DNA of 64,000 nucleotides, taken from positions 1 through 64,000 of IMG/VR virus record IMGVR_UViG_3300028591_000008. One strand, written 5' to 3'. How positions within the stretch are numbered: the first letter of the stretch is position 1; every line of letters starts with the position of its first letter. Positions 45,779 through 57,142 of this stretch are shown here, piece after piece. The stretch comes from a virus. Lineage: Duplodnaviria; Caudoviricetes. Position numbers and translations under genes: made by a program. Below the pieces are notes generated by a model. The model saw nothing but the letters and a program-made list of their open reading frames with translations, made no database searches and was not told where the DNA came from.

Positions 45779-48700
45779 TATCCTTCATCCGCCCTTTCTG
45801 TTTTAATTATTAATCTTTCGTTTTCAATACCAACTATTTGTTCAACTCTGTGCCAAGGAGTTGCTTTATATACTTTAGCAACAAAACTTTCTTCTTGCCG
45901 AATGCCTGTTACAATAATTTTGTTGCCACGCGTGAACATTGACTTCTCAATTACGTGTTTCTTACCATCTGGCCCCTTTACAGAAATTTGTTTATCATAT
46001 GCTTCAAAAGCACCATAAATCTTTACTGAAACTACGCCAGTTGGAGTTAATAATTGAACTGTCTTTTTTGCTTTATCTCGATCTAATACCGTGCCCGCGA
46101 TACGATGAAGTCTAAAAATGGGAACTTGTTTACCCTTAATCGGAATAACTCTTTCAACTTCAGCCTGTTCACTTAAATCAAAAAAATCTTCAATCATGTA
46201 AAGGCTTAAATCTACATTTTCTAATTCATGTTCATGCGAATAGAACGAAACAGAATCCATTTCCCATTTACTTAAATTGCCTAAGCAATATTTATTCCAT
46301 ACGTCTGCGGTTAACCGATCATTTACCGCTTTAAGTAGTTCTTCATTATGATCTTTTATATATGGTCTAATAATATCCATTTGCTTTTTATAAATATTAT
46401 CCCATACAACCTGTTTAATACAAAAACCACTTTCAGTAAAATTATTCGGTTCGGTTTTATCTATATCAAAATAAGTTTCAAGAAATTTAAAAGCTGGATT
46501 ATCAAGACCATAATAGCCTTGGTCCATTTTCATTTTCTTTATATACTTATTAAAATTATATACACGTCGCTGTAAATCATATTTATCTGGAATAAGACCA
46601 AAATCAATTAACATTTTCATGTTTTGAAGTGTAATACGCTTTTTAGTATCGCTTATCATATCTACGTATTTATGCATAAGTTCAACTCGATTTCCAAAAC
46701 TATCAAATGCACCAGATTTAATAAGATTTATCATTTGAACTTTATTGACTTTTACTTTTGAAAGAAAATCAGTTATTGAAGTATACGGACGATTTGCGAT
46801 AATTGCTTTTACGAGTTCTTCACCTACGCGTGTAATACCACTAATACCATAACGAATGATATTTAGTTCTGCGTCTGGAGAAAAAGTATAGGTTGATTTA
46901 TTAATATCTGGAGGTTCGACAACAATCCCACTCATTCTCATTTTTCCGATTGCAGTTGCAATTTTACCATAGTTTACACTTGAAGTTTTCTTTTTCTTTT
47001 TTACACCGGCTTCAGCTTCTTCATCTTCGTCATCATCATCTTCATCATCTTGCGTAAACTCTTCAATCTCATTACTATATACTTCTTCCACAACTTCAAC
47101 TTCTTCATCTTCCTGTTCTTTTTCATCGCCGCCCGCGTCCGTAATTAAACATGCGCAGTTCCAGAAGATAATTGGATAATGATATGCAAGATTCATTTCT
47201 TGAAGCGCAATCAAACTATATGCAAGAGTATGAGATTGGTTAAATCCATATCCACGACTCATTGCAATCAATACGTTCCATACATAATTCGCAAACTTTT
47301 GATTAATTCCTTTTTCTTTCGTTACTTCAAAGAACTCTTTTGTTAAAGCGTCATAATCTTTTGGGTTCTTTTTTGCGATTGATTTACGAAGTTTATCTGC
47401 CCAGGTTAGACTAAAACCACCAAGTTCTGGAAGTTGAACCAACTCCATAAACTGTTCCTGTGCAATACAAAGACCATATGACATACCAAGAACTGGTTCA
47501 AGAATCTTTCTTTCTTCTTCTCCAAGTCCATATCGCTCCATTTCTTTTTCCCATTCATCTGGATTTGCTTTGAAGCGCGCGAGCTTATCAGTCGGCATTT
47601 CTCCACCTTTTTCTTGCGCCATAAGACGAATTGTAGAGTTAAGAATCGCAAGGTCATCAACAGAAGTCGGCTTTAAAGTTGCGATACCATTAATACCAGA
47701 TTGCTTTTCCATTTGGAACAAAGACTGAATCTCATGATTCCAAACCATCTGCCACATCTCTGGATTATCGCGCTCAAGATTATATACACCAATTATATTT
47801 TCATAAGTTTCTTTTAATGTGCGCTCACGCTCAACTAAACCAGCATCACATAAAAGATCAATACAATTATGAATCTTATCCATTGCTTCAACTGATAACG
47901 CATCATACTTAATAAGACTTACATCTTCTGCGTCATGAAGCTCAAACTGTGTACAAATCGTACCATCAGGCGCGCGCATTAAAGCAGTTGATTCTGTAAA
48001 AGGTTCATCAACAAAGATAACGCCACCGGCATGAATACCAGATCCACAAATCAGACCCTCAATCTTTTGAGCTACATTCCATAACTCTGGATAGTTATTC
48101 ATTTCAATAATGAATTGTTTAATTGGCGCGAAGTCGTTTTCAGTATCACCATTGTAACACTGACTCAACGTTCTTAACATACCACGGTCTGCCGGAATCA
48201 AACTTGCAATATACTGAGCTATATCTACATCAATGCCTAGACCGCGCGCGGCTGTAAGAATTGCAGATTTAGATTTTTCTGTACGAAATGTTGCAACGTT
48301 TGCAACTCTATCTTCTCCATAATATTTACGGAATGCATTTAAAACTTGTGCACGCCGGCCGCCCTCAATATCAAAATCAACATCAAGGACTGATACACGA
48401 TCTGGATTAAGAAATCTCCATCGGAAACATTTAGTTGTCTCTCTAAGAGGATTAATCTGAGTAATATCAAGACAGTACAAAAGTATAAAACCAACACCTG
48501 AACCGCGTCCAGGTCCAACAAGACTACCAGCTTCCCAACAAATATCAATTATATTTTGAAGATTTAAATAATATGCGCTCCATCGTGCGTTATTTACATT
48601 TGATGATACCCATGTATCTTCAAGACATGCATTAATTTCATTATATGCTTCTTGGTTTTGAAGATCAGGATGACGTTTTATTCCATCTATAACAGCATCA

Positions 48701-49749
48701 ACTAAATATTTATCTGCTTTATATGGTGATTCTGAAAATGTTTTTAACATTGGAATAAAAGGATACCATATGTTTTCTTTTTGTCGTGAACTAATATGTA
48801 AACAATTTTTCCATATTAATTCTGGAATTTTGAGCGGCCGCAGTAAACTATAATCTTCAATGCTATCTCTAATCTTTAAAATATTTTGATATGCTCGTTG
48901 AAGTTCTTCTTCACTAAAATATGAAAAGTAACTTTCTAGCTCTTCTGTACTCATCATATATGTAGTTGCATAAAAATCATCAACTTCGCGGTCGCCATTC
49001 TGTGCATTAAGATACGCTTTATGAACAACCCTATCTTCTTTACGAAGATAATGGCTATCAGTTGTGATAATATACGGAATATCAAAATAAATCGAATGTT
49101 TTAAAAGCGTCTTATTAACTAAGATTTGATCTTTATTTTTTGACGGTTGCATTTCAAAATAAAAATTGCCATGCCCAAAAAGTTTATCCATCTGTTGAAT
49201 CCATATATCAATCTTTGGTAAAAGATCCGGATTTGATTGCGCGCGAAGAATCTGCGTCGGGAGCGCGCCGCCAAGGCAAGCTGTTGAACCAATTACATGA
49301 CCTGGATTTGCTCCAATAATTTCAAACAAATCATTATAATATGTTGGAACTCTACGCATACCGCGCGCCATGCAACTACGCATCCACGCGCGAGTTGAAA
49401 TTTCACGAATTTGCTGCGCGCCAATTGCATCCTTTGCAAGAAGAATAAAGTGATAATATCTATCAACTTCTTTATTATAATTCTGTGCATTTAATCCATT
49501 TCTACAAAGATAAATCTCATTACCAAGAATTACTTTTAGATCTGGATATTTTTCTTTCAATTTTTTTGCAGCCTTTTCAGCCTTAACCCATCCACTAATA
49601 CTTTCATGGTCAGTTAAGGCTACTACTTTATGTCCAAGTTCTCCTGCATAATTAAATAAATCATCTAGTTTATTTATGCAGTCACGCAAACGAATATTTG
49701 AATAATCTGAATGATTATGTAAGCTCCCTGGATAATTCAGTTTCTCCAT
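45778..49749 (-). CDS. dnaE: DNA polymerase III alpha subunit
   Basis: PHP motifs HNHSDYS and LTDHE; GPGRGS; DVDFD; HAGG; GYGFNQSH; no TAG. Confidence 0.95.
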   Translation of the reverse strand: MEKLNYPGSLHNHSDYSNIRLRDCINKLDDLFNYAGELGHKVVALTDHESISGWVKAEKAAKKLKEKYPDLKVILGNEIYLCRNGLNAQNYNKEVDRYYHFILLAKDAIGAQQIREISTRAWMRSCMARGMRRVPTYYNDLFEIIGANPGHVIGSTACLGGALPTQILRAQSNPDLLPKIDIWIQQMDKLFGHGNFYFEMQPSKNKDQILVNKTLLKHSIYFDIPYIITTDSHYLRKEDRVVHKAYLNAQNGDREVDDFYATTYMMSTEELESYFSYFSEEELQRAYQNILKIRDSIEDYSLLRPLKIPELIWKNCLHISSRQKENIWYPFIPMLKTFSESPYKADKYLVDAVIDGIKRHPDLQNQEAYNEINACLEDTWVSSNVNNARWSAYYLNLQNIIDICWEAGSLVGPGRGSGVGFILLYCLDITQINPLRETTKCFRWRFLNPDRVSVLDVDFDIEGGRRAQVLNAFRKYYGEDRVANVATFRTEKSKSAILTAARGLGIDVDIAQYIASLIPADRGMLRTLSQCYNGDTENDFAPIKQFIIEMNNYPELWNVAQKIEGLICGSGIHAGGVIFVDEPFTESTALMRAPDGTICTQFELHDAEDVSLIKYDALSVEAMDKIHNCIDLLCDAGLVERERTLKETYENIIGVYNLERDNPEMWQMVWNHEIQSLFQMEKQSGINGIATLKPTSVDDLAILNSTIRLMAQEKGGEMPTDKLARFKANPDEWEKEMERYGLGEEERKILEPVLGMSYGLCIAQEQFMELVQLPELGGFSLTWADKLRKSIAKKNPKDYDALTKEFFEVTKEKGINQKFANYVWNVLIAMSRGYGFNQSHTLAYSLIALQEMNLAYHYPIIFWNCACLITDAGGDEKEQEDEEVEVVEEVYSNEIEEFTQDDEDDDDEDEEAEAGVKKKKKTSSVNYGKIATAIGKMRMSGIVVEPPDINKSTYTFSPDAELNIIRYGISGITRVGEELVKAIIANRPYTSITDFLSKVKVNKVQMINLIKSGAFDSFGNRVELMHKYVDMISDTKKRITLQNMKMLIDFGLIPDKYDLQRRVYNFNKYIKKMKMDQGYYGLDNPAFKFLETYFDIDKTEPNNFTESGFCIKQVVWDNIYKKQMDIIRPYIKDHNEELLKAVNDRLTADVWNKYCLGNLSKWEMDSVSFYSHEHELENVDLSLYMIEDFFDLSEQAEVERVIPIKGKQVPIFRLHRIAGTVLDRDKAKKTVQLLTPTGVVSVKIYGAFEAYDKQISVKGPDGKKHVIEKSMFTRGNKIIVTGIRQEESFVAKVYKATPWHRVEQIVGIENERLIIKTERADEG

Positions 49750-49879
49750 TCAACCACTCTCCATTTCTATTTTCTATAATAATTATACCATAAAATAAAA
49801 GGAAAGTCAAATTAACTTCCCTTAATGAATATTATATATCCAATATAAATTAATTAAAATCCAAATTATAAAAATCATT

Positions 49880-51619
49880 TTAAAACTCCAAAAGATCGTC
49901 GATAACCTCATAGTCCTCAATCATTATCTGCGGAGATTGATTTCCCATCCATTCATTGATATTTGGTTTTCCAACTATACTAATTTTGATTTCATTACAT
50001 TTCTGTAATTGTTCAATTAAATCAGAAGCGTGAAATTTGATAAATATAACTCCACTCTTTTCAAAACGTACAGTGTCTTTATTTGTTCCGATAATTTTAT
50101 AATCAGTGCTATCTAAATAAATATTTGGAACAAAAATTAATGGCTCTGAGTTACCTTGCCCCCAAATTGAAGTATTACTAGCTAAATCATAAATTAAATC
50201 TTCTAGATCAGGAGCGTTTGGCTCTCTAATAAAGTTTACATCATACATGCCTTCATTAAAGTTAATATCTTTAAGAGCTTCGTTTGCATATTCATGAAAC
50301 GCGCGCAAATTACTATCCAATATACTCGCGCCCGCTGCATTAGCATGGCCTTGTACCCATTCAAAATACCCACTATCATTTAAAAACTTTTTGAGATCTT
50401 GTAGTTCACAATCGGCCACATTACGAATTGAACCACGATCATATCCTTCATCATTAAGGCGCGCGAGTATGGTTGGACGCTTATACTTAGCCGCGAGTTT
50501 CATCGCACATAGACCATTAATTTCAGATGGATAATCTTCGTCATCATCAAGCCGTACAAATAGAATTTTATTTTCAAGCAGATCATATTTAAAAATCTTT
50601 TGTTCAAGTTCACTTACAATTTGGTCAGTAATTCTATTTTGCTTTGCTTTTGCATTTGTGCATTCGCGCAAAGATTCAATAGCGACTTCTTCCATTGTCC
50701 CTTTCGCGCCACGCTTATTGCAAGGAACCATTTTATGTCCATCAATTAAGCCAAGAAAAAGTCTTTCTTTCTCGTCCATACTACCAATGCGAATCATAGC
50801 GTTCATCATAGGTACAATATAAAAAGCAACACTAATAGGAGTTACTTCATTATTCATAGAGTAAGCTTGCTTTTCAATGGCACATTTAAAGAAGTAGTTT
50901 TTTACATGACTAAAACCATAAAGCATAATATAGCGGTTTTCTAAATTTAGAACAGATCCCATATCACCACATACACCCAGTGCGGCCAGGTCAATTAAAT
51001 CATTGGCAATCTTATTAACTGGATCATAAAGTGCTTCATGGTATCGACAAAACTGCCAAGCCACACCTGCACCTGTTAGCTCTTTATTAGTATAGTTTGG
51101 TGAAAGCTGGTTGTTTATAATACATGCATTATCACTAATAGGCTGATCATCATCAATTTCATGGTGATCCAACACTAAACAGCGCATACCAAGTTCTTTT
51201 AATTTTTCGTGATATTCATAATCATTACTAGAACTATCGGGTAAAATAATTAAATCATAAAATTCATTACTATCAATAATTGTCTGTGTATGATCTTGAA
51301 GGCCGTGTTCCTTATGTTCATGTAACATATATGAAATCTTTTGATTTGGGGCTATAGCTTTAATATATTCGTGCATAATTGCGCTTGAAGTAAAACCATC
51401 TACATCACAATCTACAATAAGTAAGATATGTGAGTTTTCTTTATTAAGAGCTTCCTCAAGCCAAATCGCTCCTTTTCTAATATTATCCAAATTTAAAGGA
51501 TCATTTAAACAAGAAATATCTGGATGGAGATATTTATTAAAATCTGTTACACCACGCGCGGCTAATAGCTCCTTTAAATAGTCATGTTGAAAATTTTCAT
51601 TTACTAAGTTTACTTTCAA
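49880..51619 (-). CDS. recJ: RecJ-like DHH ssDNA exonuclease
   Basis: DCDVDG, LDHH, GAGV, GHANAAG. Confidence 0.9.
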   Translation of the reverse strand: MKVNLVNENFQHDYLKELLAARGVTDFNKYLHPDISCLNDPLNLDNIRKGAIWLEEALNKENSHILLIVDCDVDGFTSSAIMHEYIKAIAPNQKISYMLHEHKEHGLQDHTQTIIDSNEFYDLIILPDSSSNDYEYHEKLKELGMRCLVLDHHEIDDDQPISDNACIINNQLSPNYTNKELTGAGVAWQFCRYHEALYDPVNKIANDLIDLAALGVCGDMGSVLNLENRYIMLYGFSHVKNYFFKCAIEKQAYSMNNEVTPISVAFYIVPMMNAMIRIGSMDEKERLFLGLIDGHKMVPCNKRGAKGTMEEVAIESLRECTNAKAKQNRITDQIVSELEQKIFKYDLLENKILFVRLDDDEDYPSEINGLCAMKLAAKYKRPTILARLNDEGYDRGSIRNVADCELQDLKKFLNDSGYFEWVQGHANAAGASILDSNLRAFHEYANEALKDINFNEGMYDVNFIREPNAPDLEDLIYDLASNTSIWGQGNSEPLIFVPNIYLDSTDYKIIGTNKDTVRFEKSGVIFIKFHASDLIEQLQKCNEIKISIVGKPNINEWMGNQSPQIMIEDYEVIDDLLEF

Positions 51620-52662
51620 ATTTTTACACGTCCTTTTAACAATTTTTCAAAGACTTCTTGACCGCGATCGGTAGGTGAGTCTTTTAATCTAAGTAAATCT
51701 TCTTTATCATATATAAAACTAAAATTTGCATATGCTTGATATTTCTTACACAATTCATAAAGATAATTGAAATATTTATCTTCATGCGGCAATTCTTCTT
51801 TATCAAAACATACGACAATTTCTTGTGGATGACAAGTCCTCACTAATATATCAAGTGCATACTTATTTAGTTTTGACCCACATACAGCGGCCGCGCAATT
51901 GGGAATTGAAAAAGAGTCCATTTGAAGAACACTTTTTTCAGCCTCAAATAAATATGCAATTCCAGTTGCTTTTATATTTTCTTTTGTTTTATCAAGTCCA
52001 TAAAGATTAAGACTCAATGGATGACTATACCATTTTCCTTCTATTTGAACTGGCATATATTTTCCCCATGTATCTATATCTTCTTGATTTAGCGCGCGGC
52101 TGCGTATTCCTACGAGCCGGCCGCCCACATCATAATGAGGAATAATAATTTTATTTTGTGAAGGAGAATATCTAATATTAAATTTATCCATAGCTTCACG
52201 GCTAATCCCATCATTGAGCCATTCAATTGGGTAATATTTAACAAAACATTCCATAATTTTATCTGAATAGGCTGGGAGTTCTTGGCGCGTCTTTTTTAAA
52301 GTATAATCATCACGAATTGATTTATATGAATTAGAGTTATAATCTGTCTCACTAAAATATGAGCATCCTCGAATTACTTCATATATATCCGTAAACCAAT
52401 CATAATCTATATCTCTAGCTTCATAAAAGTGCTTTAAGAAAGAAAAAATCGACATCGCACCATCTTCAGTATAGCAATAAAAGATATGCGTATTCTTATA
52501 GTAATATAACTTTAATGAAGCTTCATCTATATTACTATGATGACAAACTGTTGGCATAACTAGATAATCCCCTCTATCATCATAGGAAATATCTAATTTA
52601 TCCAACATAACTTTTACTTTATTATCATCTAATTCTTCAATAATAGCTTGATAATCTATCAC
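51616..52662 (-). CDS. DNA primase (zinc-binding + TOPRIM-like)
   Basis: CHH...CYT, IIIPH, LYGL, FEAEKS, CFD; next to the helicase. Confidence 0.78.
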   Translation of the reverse strand: MIDYQAIIEELDDNKVKVMLDKLDISYDDRGDYLVMPTVCHHSNIDEASLKLYYYKNTHIFYCYTEDGAMSIFSFLKHFYEARDIDYDWFTDIYEVIRGCSYFSETDYNSNSYKSIRDDYTLKKTRQELPAYSDKIMECFVKYYPIEWLNDGISREAMDKFNIRYSPSQNKIIIPHYDVGGRLVGIRSRALNQEDIDTWGKYMPVQIEGKWYSHPLSLNLYGLDKTKENIKATGIAYLFEAEKSVLQMDSFSIPNCAAAVCGSKLNKYALDILVRTCHPQEIVVCFDKEELPHEDKYFNYLYELCKKYQAYANFSFIYDKEDLLRLKDSPTDRGQEVFEKLLKGRVKI

Positions 52663-54200
52663 TTAATCTCATTCACTTTCTGTAAGATTTCATTATAATT
52701 AGTTCCTTCCCAATCTATCTCATATAAGAAGTGTTTTTCATAATCATTTATAATTTCCATTCGTGAATCAGTCATATACAAGTCAACTTTTCTCAAACAT
52801 CCAAGATCAACAATACTCCAAATACGAACCTGACTCCATTCGCCACTTCTTACTTTATATATATCTGTTACCATTGTTGGAATCGCTTGCCCCATACTTG
52901 CAAAGAAATCAATTTCTTCTTTGGTTGGCCGCGACATTACCATACCAACATCCGCTTTATTAATAATCGCACGTGATCCAGCAATTACGCCTTCATTTTT
53001 AATATTTGTATTATTATCTGCATTTGCATTTACTTGTGTTGAAGTAAATACACACACATTTAATTCAACTGCCAATTCTTTTAACGCCGTTGAAAACATT
53101 AAAAGAATTTCATCATTTCTTAAACTAACGCCCTTAAACTCTCCCAAAAGACTTGGACAAATAAAAACATAATCAAAGAATACATATTCAATACCATGAA
53201 GTAGCACTTGTTCTCTAACTAAGTTTTTTACCAAGTCAATTCTCGGCGCTGGCATTTGAACAATATAGAAGTTGTCCTTATACTGTTCCATAATCCATAC
53301 AGCTTGATGAATTATTTGAGTTTCTTTTTGTGTAAAGTTACCATATCTAAATTTAGATTCATTAAAACCAGTTAAATAAGCTAAAATCATTTTCTGAATT
53401 TCTGGAATAGTTTGCTCGGTTGCAATAAAAATAACTTTACGTCCAGAGCCAGTTTGAACCCATGCATTTTTTACTGGTTCATATCTAAAAGGATAAGCAA
53501 TTAAACATGCATCACCAACCGCTTGACGAGTTTTACCAGTACCACTACTTGCACTTCGCACAATAAAAGTACCAAGTCGCGCACCAGATATAACCTCATT
53601 TATAATTTCACCTTGAATTGGAACACCAATATCTACATTTTCAACTGCATTTTCAATTATATCTTCAATTCCAGTAAAAGCCATTTCGGTTTGAGTAATT
53701 TCGTTTTGGGTAAACTTATTCTCAAGTCCAAGAACTTTACGTTTTAATGTATCAAGTATTTCATCAATTTCAAGTTTCTCAAAGTTTTTGTTTATATCAA
53801 GAGCCTTCGGATTCGTTAAATCTTCAATATAGAACTCACTTATATCAAAACCCTCATCTTTGAGTTTGGTAAGTAAGTTAATTTTCTTTAACCGTTTATA
53901 ATAGAACTCAAAGTTTTGTTCCTCAGAAAGATATTCCGCATCTTGAAGATATTCAATACCATTATTCTGTTTAAAGATGACGGCGGCGGCCCCATTCGTT
54001 TGGAGGTAATTCTCAATATCTACTGGTTGAATTTTATTGGCACCGCCGCGATATAAATTTTCGATTGCTGCAAAAATATATTTATCAAACTTATAATAAA
54101 AGTCATCTAAACTTAACTTATACTTATCTGTTTCACTAAGAAATTGTGGATGCTTCATTAAGGAGCCAAAGATTTGAAGTATTGAATTTTTATCAACCAA
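52659..54200 (-). CDS. dnaB: DnaB-like replicative helicase
   Basis: ASSGTGKT, ATE, FFDY, STQVN, KVRSG. Confidence 0.85.
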   Translation of the reverse strand: MVDKNSILQIFGSLMKHPQFLSETDKYKLSLDDFYYKFDKYIFAAIENLYRGGANKIQPVDIENYLQTNGAAAVIFKQNNGIEYLQDAEYLSEEQNFEFYYKRLKKINLLTKLKDEGFDISEFYIEDLTNPKALDINKNFEKLEIDEILDTLKRKVLGLENKFTQNEITQTEMAFTGIEDIIENAVENVDIGVPIQGEIINEVISGARLGTFIVRSASSGTGKTRQAVGDACLIAYPFRYEPVKNAWVQTGSGRKVIFIATEQTIPEIQKMILAYLTGFNESKFRYGNFTQKETQIIHQAVWIMEQYKDNFYIVQMPAPRIDLVKNLVREQVLLHGIEYVFFDYVFICPSLLGEFKGVSLRNDEILLMFSTALKELAVELNVCVFTSTQVNANADNNTNIKNEGVIAGSRAIINKADVGMVMSRPTKEEIDFFASMGQAIPTMVTDIYKVRSGEWSQVRIWSIVDLGCLRKVDLYMTDSRMEIINDYEKHFLYEIDWEGTNYNEILQKVNEIK

Positions 54201-54710
54201 TTATTCTTCGCCCCCAATATCATCTAAGTTATATTTTTCTCTTGAACGCTCTTTACGTATTAATCTCACAACAGCCCGCTCTTTTGCTTGCTCTTCTAGC
54301 TGCTTCATAAAACCATGTTTTTTACGCTCTTGTTCAATCCAATAGCTTTTTGCTTCTGCAAAAACATATGGAACTATACCCAGGCCACCATGTCCTTTTT
54401 CCCATGAATTATTCTTTATTTGATAAAAATATTTAAGTGTAAAATAAATACCTTTTGGATTAATTTTATTTTCTTTCCAAAACTTTTTTATTTGAGCTTC
54501 GCATAAAAAATAATCATAAGATACTTTCATATCTCGTGCTAAAAAGTCATAAATCATTTTAACCCAGTCACTGTCTGAAGCAGGCTGGGCTTTCCATGTT
54601 TCATAACAAACCTTATGGTAGTAATAATTACGTGATGGCATTATCCAATCAACATTTTCGATTTCTCTTGTTTTGTCAATTGGCATATGACATAATCTAC
54701 ATTCAGGCAT
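54201..54710 (-). CDS. Zinc-finger replication-associated protein
   Basis: CRLC...YYHKVC; GLGIVPY; first gene of the helicase operon. Confidence 0.6.
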   Translation of the reverse strand: MPECRLCHMPIDKTREIENVDWIMPSRNYYYHKVCYETWKAQPASDSDWVKMIYDFLARDMKVSYDYFLCEAQIKKFWKENKINPKGIYFTLKYFYQIKNNSWEKGHGGLGIVPYVFAEAKSYWIEQERKKHGFMKQLEEQAKERAVVRLIRKERSREKYNLDDIGGEE

Positions 54711-54787
54711 TCCATCACCCTTTCAATTTTATTCTATATATATTATACCATAGATTTTTCTTTTTGTCAAATTTAAAAGACGCAGGA

Positions 54788-55771
54788 TTAACCCTGCGTC
54801 CTTACCATTTCTTCCATATCTATTACTACAAGCTGGAGTAAGTCTACCTGGTCTTCTGTAAACTCACTGAGCTTCATTCGACGTCCCATTGTCATTTCAA
54901 TTTTCTTTAGAATTGCACTTGCTACTTCTGGTCGAGCATTTTCACCTTCACCGACAAGTTGTTTCCAAAGAGTTTGTGCCTTTTCTCTAACTTCCCCAAA
55001 ATCGAGTTTTGTTTCGCTTTTGGTTTTAGTAGTATCAACAACAGTAGCTCCGTCCTTCTTTTCAGCCATTTCAATAGCGTCTGCAATTGCATTTACCAGC
55101 TCGTCATAACCAAATGGAATCTTATCGGGCATATATTTAAAACGACTACCTGCGAACAGAGTGGGAGTTTCACGAGTATAAAGCCAACGCTTACGTTCCC
55201 CATTTACCCATTCATTACCAATATATCCAATAATATCCACGATTCCGTTACAAACTTCACTCGCGCGCTTTGGAAGGTCTGGAGAAATGATTTCAACATC
55301 ACTACCATCAGCTGTCTTTTCAACACGAGAAGCACTATGTGCAATTAGTACAACACCATATCCAAGCTAAGTGATTCTACGGATAGAGGATTCAAATTCC
55401 TTTTTACAGGCTGTATAGCCTGCACCCCATGGAACATCACTAATTTTTTGAACACCATTTTGCTGGCAAATAAATTTTTCACACATTTCCCAGCAAATAG
55501 AAACTGTATCAATAATTACGGTTTTAAAACGCTCTTTAGAACGATTATCTTCGAGGTCACGTAGAGCCATTTTAAAATCGCTCCATTTATTTATATCAAA
55601 AGGATAAGCATCACCGATAGCATTATATCCTTTCTCAAAAGCCAAGAGAACTGCATCGGGGAAGGAGCAAGCCGCGGTAGTTTTACCGCTTTTTGGCTTG
55701 CCATAAAGTAGAACATACTTCCCTTTGAGATCTCTTGAAATTACATTCTTTTCAACTTCCCAAAGATGCAT
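54788..55771 (-). CDS. Sak4-like/AAA ATPase, putative recombinase (one TAG at 55367)
   Basis: GKPKSGKTT, FEKG, IIDT, LIAH, DIIGY; the two track fragments are in frame. Confidence 0.8.
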
Positions 55772-55782
55772 AAGGCACCTCC

Positions 55783-56694
55783 TTAGAAGCCAAGATCAAA
55801 GTCCTGCTTTGAACTAGTAGGTGCGGGAGTAGGATGAGTCTTGCTATTAGTCTTATCCTTAAGAGTCTCAAGATAAGCCTTATGCTCCTTAAGAGCCGCA
55901 GCCAGATCTGCTGGTGCAAAAGCCATATCATCTTCCATCGGAGACTGAGTTCCCTTAGTAACAATAAGCTCACTTACACTCACAGTCTGATGACGAACTT
56001 CTGGCTCACCAAAATCCATTTCCTCGATAATTTCACGAGTCGTACTAGTAAAATTAAGGCGTCCCTTCGCGCTATAAGTCTTCTGATTCTCCCAATAAGA
56101 AGTAATGGCATCAATTACGCGAGGATTGGTTGCATAAAGCTCCATCGTATCAACCTTGCCGCCGTACTGAGGCACAATTGCCTTAATACGAAGTTTCTTA
56201 GGTTCAACTTCAACACCATCAGCATCGGTTACAAAATCCATTGAAGAGATTGCAAATTCAAGGCTCCAAGAAGCCTCAGGACGGAACTCACCAGTTGCCT
56301 TTGCCACAAAAGAAGCATTAATGCGAGGAAACGAAACAAGCTGACCCTGGGGATTGTAATACTCATTCATTCGGATATTTGCATTAGTAATACGGATCTT
56401 ATCCGCGCCGGCCTCTCCAGCACCGGATGCAATAGATGTAAACTCAGTCATTACTTTTTCAATAGACTCATACGCGGGATTAGGCTTACCAGCATTAGTA
56501 AGCTTAGTCGCAAACATATACACAGGAATTTCCAGTGCAACATCTTCACCATTGATGGTCTGATTTACGAGAACTTTAATATTACCACCAATATTATCAA
56601 CAGTGCGGCCATCTTTAACAAAAGAACCATATTTTAGGTTGATTTCAGAGAGAATACCTTCAATACGTACCTTATTTTCTGCTTGTCTTAACAT
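55783..56694 (-). CDS. Putative single-stranded DNA-binding protein
   Basis: Beta-rich, acidic-aromatic C-terminus DFDLGF, adjacent to the ATPase. Confidence 0.55.
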   Translation of the reverse strand: MLRQAENKVRIEGILSEINLKYGSFVKDGRTVDNIGGNIKVLVNQTINGEDVALEIPVYMFATKLTNAGKPNPAYESIEKVMTEFTSIASGAGEAGADKIRITNANIRMNEYYNPQGQLVSFPRINASFVAKATGEFRPEASWSLEFAISSMDFVTDADGVEVEPKKLRIKAIVPQYGGKVDTMELYATNPRVIDAITSYWENQKTYSAKGRLNFTSTTREIIEEMDFGEPEVRHQTVSVSELIVTKGTQSPMEDDMAFAPADLAAALKEHKAYLETLKDKTNSKTHPTPAPTSSKQDFDLGF

Positions 56695-56779
56695 ATTTTT
56701 ACCTCAGTTTTTGTTTAATAGTTTTTGTTTAATAGTTTCTTTTTACTAAAAAGGGAGTCAAATGACTCCCAATTCATTC

Positions 56780-57031
56780 TTACTCGTCTTCGCCCTGAAC
56801 GAAGTTAATACCCTCATCAGTCAGCTGAACATAGGTCAGAGGCTTCTCCTCGCCCTCAACAGCAACCTTCTCACGATAGGCCAGATTATTCTTTACGAGG
56901 GAATTTACACGACCAGTAATGGATGCGATCTTCTCACAATTCAGTGCAGTCTTCATTTCCTCAGTAGTGGCGCGGCCGCCGTGTGCCTGCAGATACTCAA
57001 GTGCCTCAAAAGTCTTTTCAGTTAGCTTCAT
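56780..57031 (-). CDS. Small winged-helix DNA-binding protein
   Basis: LTEK...LEYL...SITGRVNSLVKNNLA...YVQLTDEG; own promoter. Confidence 0.7.
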   Translation of the reverse strand: MKLTEKTFEALEYLQAHGGRATTEEMKTALNCEKIASITGRVNSLVKNNLAYREKVAVEGEEKPLTYVQLTDEGINFVQGEDE

Positions 57032-57142
57032 AATTCATATTCTCCTATTAATTAAAATATTTTTTTATTTGTTTTTAAAAGGTTTATCTCTCTCAACCTT
57101 TCTGTATATATTATACTATAAATTTCGTAAGATTTCAAATTT

